DNA of 64,000 nt from a virus (IMGVR_UViG_3300037466_001997:132142-196141), one strand, 5' to 3'. Counted from the first letter of the stretch, positions 53,240 through 62,710 are shown. The notes: generated by a model from the letters alone, not told the origin. Numbers and translations: made by a program.

Positions 53240-53580
53240 TGGCTGGCCTTTGCCTTTTCAATCGCCAAATCCAAAGTTCGAATGATATCGGCATGGGTTC
53301 GGTTGTTGTCGTCATTCCATCCGGGCACGAAACCAGTTCCACCCAAATCCCGAATAGCATCGGACAAATAGTCCTTGGCCTTATACCATGCCGTCACATT
53401 TTCCGAACCAATTGTTGCCCGGTTCAAGGCACCATAGAGACAAAAGCAAGTGGCTTTTGGGTCACTAAATGAACAGACTTCGCCATCCTTGGCGAGACGT
53501 GCATTGTCCCCTTGAATCCAGTTCCTAGGCAAGGCCAAAAGTTTTTTGGTTTCCACCAGTGCATCAGAAGGAGTCATCAC
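53236..53580 (-). CDS. CxC/ND/H paralogue 2 (DUF6197-like)
   Basis: NWIQG..AR, CFCLYGA, WND...RTHADI...LD.AI. Confidence 0.75.
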   Translation of the reverse strand: MMTPSDALVETKKLLALPRNWIQGDNARLAKDGEVCSFSDPKATCFCLYGALNRATIGSENVTAWYKAKDYLSDAIRDLGGTGFVPGWNDDNNRTHADIIRTLDLAIEKAKASQ

Positions 53581-53984
53581 TTTTCCCAGTAAGGTTTGAT
53601 GAAGGAACCGGCGTCTTCCATGGCCCGCATCATGTTGCCCATTTTCTCGATGATCGGTTCGGCTTCATCCTTCATGCGCTTTTCCAAGCGCCGCTGAACT
53701 TCCGCTTCGACATCGGAATATTTTTCCTCGATTTCCTTACAGATGGAAATATAGGTATCCATCATGAATTTGTCAAATTCGGCAAACGACAATTCCACAT
53801 CGTTCACTGTCACCTTGGCAGTAAAGATATAGTTGCCATTATGTCTGTCGATAGTATCGGCAACCTTCTTGACAGTATCCGTATTGGAATGCATCAGCCA
53901 ATGGTTCACCATCTTCTCTGTCGAGTTGATGCCAAAGCGCATTGACAGAATCGAATCCACAATTTCTTTTTTATCTTCGGTCAT
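53577..53984 (-). CDS. hypothetical coiled-coil protein
   Basis: 135 aa, overlapping start/stop. Confidence 0.65.
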   Translation of the reverse strand: MTEDKKEIVDSILSMRFGINSTEKMVNHWLMHSNTDTVKKVADTIDRHNGNYIFTAKVTVNDVELSFAEFDKFMMDTYISICKEIEEKYSDVEAEVQRRLEKRMKDEAEPIIEKMGNMMRAMEDAGSFIKPYWEK

Positions 53985-54328
53985 GTTCGACCAATCCCTT
54001 CGATCATCGCACCGATTTCCGGCAATGACATTCGTTTCCGATCATTGGCTTCGACAATCGTTGACTGGGTTGCTATATTAAAACCCAGTTCGTACATCAG
54101 TTGTGCGAACGCATTCCATTGATCGGAAGACACCACCATGTCATGGCTCTGTTCATTGATCGTAATATTGTTCTTATACAGAACCTCCGGAAACTGTGTT
54201 TTGAGTACATGGCACAGAACGCCAAGCGCACAATAACAATCTTCACCGGCTTTCAGGCGTCCGAATGTCTGCTTGTATTTGCCAGACTTAAGCTCGGAAA
54301 CCCAAGCCTCTCTTAATGCGTTGGTCAT
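53981..54328 (-). CDS. conserved phage protein (W..ALRSG.Y.Q..G.L / C.LGV.C / ND family)
   Basis: WVSELKSGKYKQTFGRL, CYCALGVLC, AND...SLPEI. Confidence 0.7.
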   Translation of the reverse strand: MTNALREAWVSELKSGKYKQTFGRLKAGEDCYCALGVLCHVLKTQFPEVLYKNNITINEQSHDMVVSSDQWNAFAQLMYELGFNIATQSTIVEANDRKRMSLPEIGAMIEGIGRT

Positions 54329-54329
54329 A

Positions 54330-54731
54330 TCATAGCGCCTTCATTGTCTTGGGTTCAGAACCATCATAATGGGCGATGGCCTTGTCAAAAATTTCCATCA
54401 CATCGGCGTGTGTGGTTTTGTAGTGGTCATTGAACTGGGCAAAATACCGCATTCTTTTACCGTCTGTCGGTTCCGGATAGAGTGCCCGGAAGGTCAGACA
54501 GATATCACGTAAGACCGATATTGCTTCCGGCGTGGCAACACCAAATTCATCAATGCCACCAAGATTATAAGCGGCCCGATGAATTGCACCAGACATGCAC
54601 CATTTGCAGGCTTGTGGCGAACGCAAAGAAGTCAGGCGACCCAATTTATCAACGGCCAGATAGCCCTTGGTCCAGTGCTTCGGATCAGCTATGAGCGCCT
54701 TGGCGGTTGTGACAACTTCAAGCGCCTTCAT
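54330..54731 (-). CDS. CxC/ND/H paralogue 3 (DUF6197-like)
   Basis: HWTKG..A.D, KWCMSGA, FND...TTHADV...FDKAI. Confidence 0.75.
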   Translation of the reverse strand: MKALEVVTTAKALIADPKHWTKGYLAVDKLGRLTSLRSPQACKWCMSGAIHRAAYNLGGIDEFGVATPEAISVLRDICLTFRALYPEPTDGKRMRYFAQFNDHYKTTHADVMEIFDKAIAHYDGSEPKTMKAL

Positions 54732-55165
54732 TTCACTGCCTTTATCAATTCGCCAACCACGGCCCGCAGCTTCTGTTCTTTCTTTTCCATTTCAATTTCT
54801 TTCGCCGTCTTATCCCGAGGCTTCTTGCCAATGCGGTTGGCTTTCCACCATTTGCGAAGATTTGGCACAGAATCGATAGTTCTGTCAACATGCTTCGCTT
54901 CCAAAATGGTGCAAAGGCCGATCAGCATGTTCTTCAAATCATCATTGGTCGTTCGGTCCGTCCGGAATTCAGATTTCTTTTCCGGACTGGATTTGATAAT
55001 GTTCCTTTTGAAAGTACAAAGGAAATACCAGAAGCCTTTGTCGGTTTGTGTTGTATAGGTCACCAGTTCCCATCCTTCCACACCATGTCTGTTAACCCAT
55101 GGCATAAAAGTTTTGGGATCACCCTGATGCATTTCCTGCTTATATTCAAACTTGGTGTAGCTCAT
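54728..55165 (-). CDS. protein with N-terminal DUF4177-like domain
   Basis: FEYK...N..G.EGWELV....FKR. Confidence 0.65.
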   Translation of the reverse strand: MSYTKFEYKQEMHQGDPKTFMPWVNRHGVEGWELVTYTTQTDKGFWYFLCTFKRNIIKSSPEKKSEFRTDRTTNDDLKNMLIGLCTILEAKHVDRTIDSVPNLRKWWKANRIGKKPRDKTAKEIEMEKKEQKLRAVVGELIKAVK

Positions 55166-55440
55166 GCTCGAACGAATCCTAGTGTTGCGAGAACGTCGGA
55201 TGCCACATTTTCCATTTGGCAGACTGTGACATACATACTCAAGACGTATTCTTTGTTTTGATGATCGAATTCGAAACCATAGTCGTCATTGCCCCAGACA
55301 CAACACCGATAGAAACCATTCGACATTGGACCGATGAACGAGACATGTACGAACGAACGGTTTTGATGCCGAGCATCACTAGCAATCTTGAACTCGCTGT
55401 ACCAACGTTCAAGCGTTGGTTTGAAACAGTCGATTTTCAT
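55162..55440 (-). CDS. hypothetical protein
   Basis: VWGNDD.G.E motif; packed operon. Confidence 0.6.
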   Translation of the reverse strand: MKIDCFKPTLERWYSEFKIASDARHQNRSFVHVSFIGPMSNGFYRCCVWGNDDYGFEFDHQNKEYVLSMYVTVCQMENVASDVLATLGFVRA

Positions 55441-55619
55441 TTCGTCACCGGCCTGATTTGCTTCACGAACGCCTTGTCCATACGCTGTTCAACATAGGTC
55501 GTTCCATGTTCACGAATGGTCATGACGAAGCCGTTGATTTCCAGCACGTCGAACCACGTTGCGTCTGGCAGTTCGTTGAAGGCAACGACATCGCCAACCT
55601 TGGGATTCAAACCTTTCAT
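55437..55619 (-). CDS. small SH3-like hypothetical protein
   Basis: PKVGDVV; GAGG RBS. Confidence 0.55.
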   Translation of the reverse strand: MKGLNPKVGDVVAFNELPDATWFDVLEINGFVMTIREHGTTYVEQRMDKAFVKQIRPVTK

Positions 55620-55620
55620 G

Positions 55621-55986
55621 TCAGGCAACCTCTGGCACAGTGAGATTAAATTTTGTGGCAAAGGCGAGCATGTTTGCCTTCACCATTTCAGCCTTGCCAG
55701 CGGCATTGTCATGAGCATCCTGCAAGCTCTGCAATGCATCTATATCGACATTCTGGAATAGTTCATCCCAGTTGGGGTCTTTGTTGATCATGGAAATAAC
55801 ATCGGCATTGTTTTCATGCATCGGCATATACTCGTCAGGCACACAATGGCCAATGGCACATTTCAAGCCATGTGGACCACGATACATGCAATCGAAATTG
55901 CCGTTGGCGGACTGGATAAAACCCTGCTTGGCCATGCCGACATAGGCCACGTCGAAAACGGCTTGAAGATTTGCATATGGACGCAT
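55621..55986 (-). CDS. conserved phage protein (C.YR...G.KCAIG / LQ..HD family)
   Basis: CMYRGPHGLKCAIG, LQDAHD; own promoter at 56013-56041. Confidence 0.7.
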   Translation of the reverse strand: MRPYANLQAVFDVAYVGMAKQGFIQSANGNFDCMYRGPHGLKCAIGHCVPDEYMPMHENNADVISMINKDPNWDELFQNVDIDALQSLQDAHDNAAGKAEMVKANMLAFATKFNLTVPEVA

Positions 55987-56012
55987 CAGATAAACCCTTT
56001 CTATTGTCCTTC

Positions 56013-56041
56013 TACATATTCGATATATTGGAACTTGTCAA
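56013..56041 (-). promoter_or_regulatory. early promoter
   Basis: TTGACA-N17-TATGTA. Confidence 0.65.
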
Positions 56042-56044
56042 TGC

Positions 56045-56422
56045 TCATTCATTCCCAAAATGCCCTCGTTCTTTGGCTTGGACAATGGCCTTGTCGAGCA
56101 TGGTCATGACATCGGCATGAGTCGTTTGTACCCGGTCATTGAAAGTCAGGATGCCAGTGCCAGCTTCTTTCGCAAGCACAGTGCGAAGAATATCCTGTGC
56201 CGACAAAAGGTCTTGGTTTGTGTCTCTCTCGTCTGGGTTCAAACCCGAATGCTTCGGCGGACAAACCTTGTAGAATGCACCAACCAAACACCAGCAAGTC
56301 GCATCATCGGCAAAAGGCGCTGTGAGCGAACCGTCTTTCCTTGCCGCCATGACATACTTTGTCCAATGCGTTTCATCAGACAGAAGCTCACGAACACCTG
56401 TCAGGATTTCAGTTGGTTTCAT
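56045..56422 (-). CDS. CxC/ND/H paralogue 4 (DUF6197-like)
   Basis: HWTK...A...G, CWCLVGA, FND...TTHADV..MLDKAI. Confidence 0.75.
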   Translation of the reverse strand: MKPTEILTGVRELLSDETHWTKYVMAARKDGSLTAPFADDATCWCLVGAFYKVCPPKHSGLNPDERDTNQDLLSAQDILRTVLAKEAGTGILTFNDRVQTTHADVMTMLDKAIVQAKERGHFGNE

Positions 56423-56786
56423 TTGGTTTTGCTCTTTCGATTGCCTTGTCTAGAACTTGAAGAATTTCTTCATGTTTACGGTTGGAATCGTCATTGAAGT
56501 CGATAATGGAAATATATGCAAACTCTCTGTTAAACTTCAGTGCGCTGATGGCATTCAGTATCTTGTCTGTCACCCCGGATGCTTCGATCTTGTAGGGCTG
56601 AATGGCCCTGTCAATAGCGCCTATCAGACAGAAGCAAAACGCCCTGTCGTCCAGCGTATCAACGACTTGGCCATTCCTGTCAGCCGCCGACACGCATTGT
56701 GTCCAGTGCTGGCGCTCTTGAAGAATCTTGCGAGTGTCCCGCAAAACATTGTAGATTACGGTATCTTTGGCTTGGGTCATATCCAT
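56409..56786 (-). CDS. CxC/ND/H paralogue 5 (DUF6197-like)
   Basis: HWTQ...A...G, CFCLIGA, FND...RKHEEI..VLDKAI. Confidence 0.75.
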   Translation of the reverse strand: MDMTQAKDTVIYNVLRDTRKILQERQHWTQCVSAADRNGQVVDTLDDRAFCFCLIGAIDRAIQPYKIEASGVTDKILNAISALKFNREFAYISIIDFNDDSNRKHEEILQVLDKAIERAKPNETN

Positions 56787-56787
56787 T

Positions 56788-57048
56788 TCACTTTTTGAAT
56801 TGTTTGGTTTTACTCTCCGCCCAGCGTATCAGCGCTAGCACTTCACGGGCCGCAAATACAGGACAATCGGCAGCGTGTTCGACATCATCTACCGTATGGT
56901 CGAGCGCATCCACACAATAATGGCAATATTCACATTCCAAAAATGTGTTTGTTTTCTGAACCGCCCGTTCAAGAAGTGTCTCACAAACCAGTTTGAGCTT
57001 GCCGGTTCCCTGTCGGCTTAGCAATAACGATGCCATTTCATTATCCAT
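56788..57048 (-). CDS. small putative Zn-binding protein
   Basis: C.YC ... H..DCP; start MDNEM inferred. Confidence 0.55.
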   Translation of the reverse strand: MDNEMASLLLSRQGTGKLKLVCETLLERAVQKTNTFLECEYCHYCVDALDHTVDDVEHAADCPVFAAREVLALIRWAESKTKQFKK

Positions 57049-57049
57049 T

Positions 57050-57343
57050 TCACTTTTCGAGTGCGTATCGAACCGATTTGCCCAGATGCAAACCAGACAT
57101 TTGCATTTCGGCCCGCTTGTCTTCCAAGACATTCCAACGCTGATAATCTTCCGGCGATAGATCGTCCAGATTCTTACGCTCGGAAGTCAGCAATATCCCG
57201 CCAATCATAATGTCCCGTGGCAGGATTGCGTCCATTTCATCGATGATGGCAGCGTATTCAGGGGTGCAAGGCGTGAACCCTTCACCATTCGGCCATTCTA
57301 TCGCATCCTTGAAGTCCGGCATTGGATTTCCCCTTTGTGTCAT
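57050..57343 (-). CDS. hypothetical protein
   Basis: ORF downstream of TTGACA-N17-TATGTA (57349-57377); start may be MPDFK. Confidence 0.6.
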   Translation of the reverse strand: MTQRGNPMPDFKDAIEWPNGEGFTPCTPEYAAIIDEMDAILPRDIMIGGILLTSERKNLDDLSPEDYQRWNVLEDKRAEMQMSGLHLGKSVRYALEK

Positions 57344-57544
57344 GGTTCTACATATTCAATATATTTGGCGATGTCAAGAGCCGGGCAACGGTCAATTTGA
57401 CCGGAACGACCATTCCATTTTGATTATGGGAATAAAAAATTTTCCATCCGGCAAGCCCGTCGCCTTGACTCATTTCGGAATCGGCGTATGTGAGACGAAA
57501 CCGATCACAAAAACTTTTCGGTTCATTCCAGAAGGAGAAACACG

Positions 57545-58132
57545 ATGGACAACACCGACAAACTGCCGAAATTCCTTGATGAAATCGGCAAGATCATCAA
57601 AGCCACATTTGGCAATCGCAACATGGAACGTTCGGACAGGACGGCGGACAACTACGCCAAAGCCAAGAAAGCGGTGTTTGCTGCGCTTCCGGAATTGGCC
57701 ACGAAACACCCAGTCATTTCGCCCATTTTGGAAGCGATGGTTCATAAGGCGTTCGATGCCTATGCCTTCACGAACAATATCAAGCCAAACAAGGGTTTGA
57801 TCGACTACAATAAAAGGTTGAAAGCCGACAAGGCTTTGACACGGGGCGAAATCGAGCAAAATACCACAGGCGGATTGGCATACAATCATTCATGGGTTGA
57901 GTTGGTGAACACCAGTCCAATTCCAATGGACCCAACGGCAATCGTTGGTGACTATATCGATGATGACAAAGCCGCTAAAATTTTCGAGCGTAATATGCTC
58001 GCTTATGCCAAGCAAGGCGCTGGTTTCATCAAGCTCACCAATCCTGATTTGCGCCGTGAACAGAAGCGGCTCAAAAAGGCAGCGAAGGCCACTGCAAACG
58101 TGAACGGAAACGAGGCCCATGTCGCTGGCTAA
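57545..58132 (+). CDS. hypothetical protein
   Basis: AAGGAG RBS; promoter TTGACT-N16-TATGTG at 57465. Confidence 0.75.
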   Translation: MDNTDKLPKFLDEIGKIIKATFGNRNMERSDRTADNYAKAKKAVFAALPELATKHPVISPILEAMVHKAFDAYAFTNNIKPNKGLIDYNKRLKADKALTRGEIEQNTTGGLAYNHSWVELVNTSPIPMDPTAIVGDYIDDDKAAKIFERNMLAYAKQGAGFIKLTNPDLRREQKRLKKAAKATANVNGNEAHVAG

Positions 58133-58910
58133 GCTACGCAAGCGTTCGCTAGAGGCGTACAATTGGACGCCACAAAAAGCGACAGAAGCCGCCATCAAGG
58201 AATGGAATAAGCTGTTGCTTGTGTCGCAGCACGTTTCAAATCTTGGTGACGGCGAGGTTGCCAAGCGAAAGACGGAAGAAATTTTTCAACGCTTGGCCGA
58301 GCAATTCGGCTGTGTTTCGCCCAACATTGGGGATCGATTTCCCCATCTGGTCGAGAAATATTTCAAGCCGATTCGGGATCGATTGGTAAAGCCGCCACCA
58401 GTCAATGAAACGGTACACAAGGCCGATGAAGCGAACACGATAATCTTGGAAAGCGACGAAAAACTTCCCAAGGTCAATAGAAAGAAAGGCAGCAAGCGGA
58501 AGCGAGAAACACACAATGCGATTCGGAATTTGGTCGAGTACATGGCCAAGTTCGAAGCCTTCGACTACATTTGGCAACGATACGTTTTCAAGGAAGGTGA
58601 AGGCCAGCCAAAGCGGCTTTTCTGGCTTGCCGAATACCAGCTATTGAACGGCGTTCCAAACGTTCGCTATGGCCCTAATGCCAAGTCAGGAAAGAACGAG
58701 AAAACCAGATATGGAATTCTTCACCAAAAGCTTTCCCGAAACGGCGTTCAGGGTCATGGATATGTGTTGAAGCATAGCAGGCGAAGGGATCAGAACTTCG
58801 GACCTATGGGGAAACAGGGATATCCAGAATTGAAAATCTGGACCATTGTTGTCATCCCGCCTGAACGGCAACTGACTTATCAGCCGAATGTTGTTGAACC
58901 CGATCAATAG
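58119..58910 (+). CDS. hypothetical basic protein
   Basis: GAGG RBS, coupled to the previous gene; Lys/Arg-rich. Confidence 0.7.
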   Translation: MSLAKLRKRSLEAYNWTPQKATEAAIKEWNKLLLVSQHVSNLGDGEVAKRKTEEIFQRLAEQFGCVSPNIGDRFPHLVEKYFKPIRDRLVKPPPVNETVHKADEANTIILESDEKLPKVNRKKGSKRKRETHNAIRNLVEYMAKFEAFDYIWQRYVFKEGEGQPKRLFWLAEYQLLNGVPNVRYGPNAKSGKNEKTRYGILHQKLSRNGVQGHGYVLKHSRRRDQNFGPMGKQGYPELKIWTIVVIPPERQLTYQPNVVEPDQ

Positions 58911-59652
58911 CTTTCGAATAGTAATCTTCATCCTTCTCAATACAAATCCACTTCCGGTTTGTATTGATGGCAGCTATTGCTGTTGTTCCTGAACCAGCCG
59001 TGTTGTCCAATACCAAGTCGCCTTCCTCTGAATATGTTCTAATCAGATATTCAAACAAGGCGACTGGCTTGGCTGTCGGATGAATACCGAGTTGATCAGT
59101 AGAAAATTCCAAGATGGAATGTGGATAGCCGGTTTTATTTCTTTTGAATTCACCATGACCGGGCCGCTCTGAAAACATGACATCAGTCTTTTCCGAGGCT
59201 TTCTTGACCACAGTCTTTTCCTCGATATCGATCAAGCCTTGTGGATTATACGGCATTCTGGAAGCTGACTGGGAAGCATGAACCGTTGTCCCGGTCGAGA
59301 ACACCAGAACGTTTTCATGTTTTTTCATCGGCTTGTTTTTGGCATGGGCGAAGTTTGTCGGCCTGTTTTTAACCCATATCCATTCATATTTAAAATCTTT
59401 GATGTTGGATGCAATCAGGCTTGTTGTGAATGGTTGCGAGGCAGTGAATACCATTGCCTTGTTCGGCTTCATGATCCGATAATATTCTTTCCATAGCCGG
59501 TCGAGTGGAATGACGGAATCCCATGGGCAAGCTGTTGTCCCGTAGGGTAGATCGACTAGCAGCAAATCAACGGAATGATCAGCTAGCTTTGCCATCGCTT
59601 CGAATGTGTCGGAATTGAAAAATATACCGGTGGTGAAACTTTTGAAATGCAA
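58852..59652 (-). CDS. DNA N4-cytosine/N6-adenine methyltransferase (beta class)
   Basis: VDL...DLPYG catalytic motif, HPT.KP..L, VLD..AGSGTT SAM motif. Confidence 0.93.
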   Translation of the reverse strand: MHFKSFTTGIFFNSDTFEAMAKLADHSVDLLLVDLPYGTTACPWDSVIPLDRLWKEYYRIMKPNKAMVFTASQPFTTSLIASNIKDFKYEWIWVKNRPTNFAHAKNKPMKKHENVLVFSTGTTVHASQSASRMPYNPQGLIDIEEKTVVKKASEKTDVMFSERPGHGEFKRNKTGYPHSILEFSTDQLGIHPTAKPVALFEYLIRTYSEEGDLVLDNTAGSGTTAIAAINTNRKWICIEKDEDYYSKAIDRVQQHSADKSVAVQAG

Positions 59653-59877
59653 AAACTGGAAGTCCTAGAGGAAATATCTCTAGGTATATAGACAGCATAA
59701 AACCGGGAAAAGTCCGTTACATCCCCGAGGCTAAGAGGAATATAACGGACTCTCCCGTACCCCAGTAGAGCCATTTGCCCTGAAAGCTTCCGGCCCACCC
59801 CAACGATTAAGATATTAGCATTTTCTCATGAGCTTAACAAGCATTTTCTTAAGGAAAAGGGAAATTGGGAATTGTCC

Positions 59878-61779
59878 TTAGCAACCCGAATCATCCGGAA
59901 GATCGCCAATGAGCGGTGACCGGCGTTTCAAAATATTTTTAATTCCATCGTTGCGAGTCGGTACCGGGTCCAGCGGTGATGGCGTCTTGTCCTTGGCATT
60001 GATCGAGGCACCCGGCTTGAACAACACCTTGGAATATTTTTTCGTAGGATCATAATCATCGAAATATGGTTTCACGGAAACATCAGTGCCTTGGGCTGGA
60101 TACACATCCACCAGCTTCTGCCAATGGGGCGAAAGATTCGTCCAATCCTGTTCTATATGTTCCTCTGCCCTTTCTTCGGCAGTGAGTTTGTTTGCAGCCC
60201 ACATCGAAGAAAGATCAATCATGGTCTGTTGTGCATCCCGCAAGTCAGCCATGGTAGCAGCATAACCGAAATCGAGATAGGTCCGTCTGTTCTTGTCATA
60301 GGTCAATTGCCATTCAACCGGAGCTTGATCACCAAGCTTTTCCACAACTGTTTTGACATCAGACCAACGAACTGTCACAAGGGCAAGGTCTTTGTATGAG
60401 GCATGTTCTTTCAGTATATCCGCCATACGGACTGGTAGAGAATAATATTCCTCTAGATCATCACCAGTAGAATTTTGTTCCGAGTCACTCAAGGGGTTGC
60501 TGGAATTATTTTCTACAGATGTTTGCTTTGGTGGATAATAATTTCCCGGTGTTGTTCTCGTATCGGCAATCTGGAATACATCTGACATATTTTCTACCTC
60601 TTTTATGCGATCATCGAGGCGTTGAATATCAGCCATAGTATAGGTTCTAGCACCCTCTGGAACTACTTCATTCCGATCATAACCTTCGCAACATTCTTCT
60701 TTATATTGCTTCCGTAGTTCCCAAATAGATTTCTTTGGGGCGAAGTCAGCATCAGAAATTGGGAAAGATATACCAAATTTATCTACTGCCGCTTTAGTCC
60801 GCTCATCCATCACTTGTTCCCACAAAGATTGATATGGTTTCTTCGGTTCAGTCTTTGTGATCGAGACATCATGCACAGCCTCTGCTACCGGTGACAGTGG
60901 CATTGGCGGTTTCTTCACTGGGTAATACAGGAAGTTCCCCTGTGAGAATGGAACGAAATCATACAGATTCATGCCAGCGATTGCCTCATACAGGGATTTC
61001 TGTTGTTCCGTGGTCCAGCCAAACATGGTCCAACTGCTTTTATCGCCTACCGGTTCAAGCTTGATTCCTTCGTCAGTCAGGAATTCCGAGAATGATCTAG
61101 TGTCATGTTGGACTTTTGGTCGAGGCTTCTGGCCGGGTACTCCAATGGCCGAATATTCCTCTTTTGGAATATTATTCCCAGATACTTCGGGTTGAGTGGA
61201 ATTATTTTCCTCTACACTCAAGGGAGACTCGGAATTATTTTCTACAACGGTATTAGCATTGAGAATATTTTTGCGTATCCTGTCTGCCATATCCAGTTCA
61301 AGCCATTGATCCGGGTCTTTACCTACCCGTGGCGGACCTTTTTCATCAACGTGTGTCAAACCATCTAATACTTGATCTATCCATGGCTTTTCGAATGTTT
61401 CACGTGAAACAGTTCTATCAGTGGCGGTGGCTGTTGTTGATACCACATGCCATGGAATGAATCCCGGTGTTATTGTTTGCTGTGTTTGCGAAACCTGTGG
61501 GAATGTTGGCATACTGCTACCGGTGCCATGGCATGATGGACAAGTTCCCTCACCTGATGTCGTCCATCCATTGGGTACTCTGCCAGTTCCATGGCACATA
61601 ACACAGCGATTAATACTGCCTATACCGTTATTCACTGGTATTGTGATATTCGTTTCTCTAATGAATAGTGCACGGAATGGTTCTAATTTGAATAGTTTCC
61701 ATCCATCATTGCCCAATTCATTGAATTGTTTTTCTATATCATTTTCTATGATAATATATTTGTATTCGTATTTTTTCAT
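59878..61779 (-). CDS. 633-aa mosaic protein: DUF4177-like N-terminus, CxxCxGxG zinc finger, long low-complexity region
   Basis: YEYK...NELG.DGW.L; CVMCHGTG...CPSCHGTG; repeated VENNS..PLS..E.NST. Confidence 0.65.
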   Translation of the reverse strand: MKKYEYKYIIIENDIEKQFNELGNDGWKLFKLEPFRALFIRETNITIPVNNGIGSINRCVMCHGTGRVPNGWTTSGEGTCPSCHGTGSSMPTFPQVSQTQQTITPGFIPWHVVSTTATATDRTVSRETFEKPWIDQVLDGLTHVDEKGPPRVGKDPDQWLELDMADRIRKNILNANTVVENNSESPLSVEENNSTQPEVSGNNIPKEEYSAIGVPGQKPRPKVQHDTRSFSEFLTDEGIKLEPVGDKSSWTMFGWTTEQQKSLYEAIAGMNLYDFVPFSQGNFLYYPVKKPPMPLSPVAEAVHDVSITKTEPKKPYQSLWEQVMDERTKAAVDKFGISFPISDADFAPKKSIWELRKQYKEECCEGYDRNEVVPEGARTYTMADIQRLDDRIKEVENMSDVFQIADTRTTPGNYYPPKQTSVENNSSNPLSDSEQNSTGDDLEEYYSLPVRMADILKEHASYKDLALVTVRWSDVKTVVEKLGDQAPVEWQLTYDKNRRTYLDFGYAATMADLRDAQQTMIDLSSMWAANKLTAEERAEEHIEQDWTNLSPHWQKLVDVYPAQGTDVSVKPYFDDYDPTKKYSKVLFKPGASINAKDKTPSPLDPVPTRNDGIKNILKRRSPLIGDLPDDSGC

Positions 61780-61968
61780 ATCTTCTCCCGAGCGTATGTC
61801 GATATTTTGGGCATTTCCAAAAATATCACGTAATCATAACTATACAATTATACGTTAGATATCTAATCTATAACTAAAGACTTATATATTGAAAAGCAAC
61901 TCTTAGGAGGAATGGCCCAAGAATTATCCAAGCAATCCAAGCTACAATCTCAACAACAAACATTTTGT

Positions 61969-62271
61969 TTAGGAGTCCCGTGCACATAGAATTTCCACAA
62001 AGGATTGGTCAAGCGGGGACTCCGTATCGTTTTTGAGAAATTCCAATTCGTCATCCGATAGGGTCAGGAGTACCGATGCCAGATACGCCCCTAGATAATC
62101 CTTGTTTTCCAAGGCATAGTTCAGACAAAACTCTATGGAACCACGATCAATATTGTTATCGTCCAGCGCTATATGCAGGCTACCCCACGTGGCGTTGTAT
62201 TCCAGATATGCATAGAATATCTGGGTAATCTTTTCATAGGTTGTGAAGTCCAGCGGTATTGTCTTAGCCAT
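61969..62271 (-). CDS. hypothetical protein
   Basis: WGSLHI.LDD.N...I.FC motif. Confidence 0.65.
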   Translation of the reverse strand: MAKTIPLDFTTYEKITQIFYAYLEYNATWGSLHIALDDNNIDRGSIEFCLNYALENKDYLGAYLASVLLTLSDDELEFLKNDTESPLDQSFVEILCARDS

Positions 62272-62710
62272 GATAATACAGTGTTGCCCCTCCGGTCCCT
62301 ATTAGAATATGGGACTCCCGGTAATTTTCCCATTCCGTATTTGTGATCATTTTTCTGTTGCTGTAGATCGTAACCAATTTGGTTCCATCTGGATTGGTGA
62401 AGCTTGAACGATTGGCAAAAGGCACATCGATATCAACGATAACCTCTCCCCTAGGCGTTTCATATGGAACCGTATGTTTTGATTTCTTGCCAGTCAGGGA
62501 CTCCGTCCAATACTTGGGATTCAAGCAGGCATTTTTCCATGGATGGTCTATAACAGAATCCCAATAGCCGATTACTTCCTTAGTCTTGGAATTCACGGAC
62601 TCCCGGTATATCATTTCGATAATACCGGGTTCGGATTCCGCAGCATTGCACCAAGCGAGGATTCGGGTTCCTCTAATCTTGGGAGCGGTGTTAAATGGTT
62701 GCCACGTCAT
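62264..62710 (-). CDS. hypothetical protein with WQP..TAP (DUF551-like) start
   Basis: MTWQPFNTAPK.RGT.IL...P..W. Confidence 0.6.
   Translation of the reverse strand: MTWQPFNTAPKIRGTRILAWCNAAESEPGIIEMIYRESVNSKTKEVIGYWDSVIDHPWKNACLNPKYWTESLTGKKSKHTVPYETPRGEVIVDIDVPFANRSSFTNPDGTKLVTIYSNRKMITNTEWENYRESHILIGTGGATLYYHG

Noticed and set aside
61780-61968. AT-rich intergenic stretch as replication origin
   Set aside because: No iterons or convincing boxes; compatible with an ordinary promoter region.
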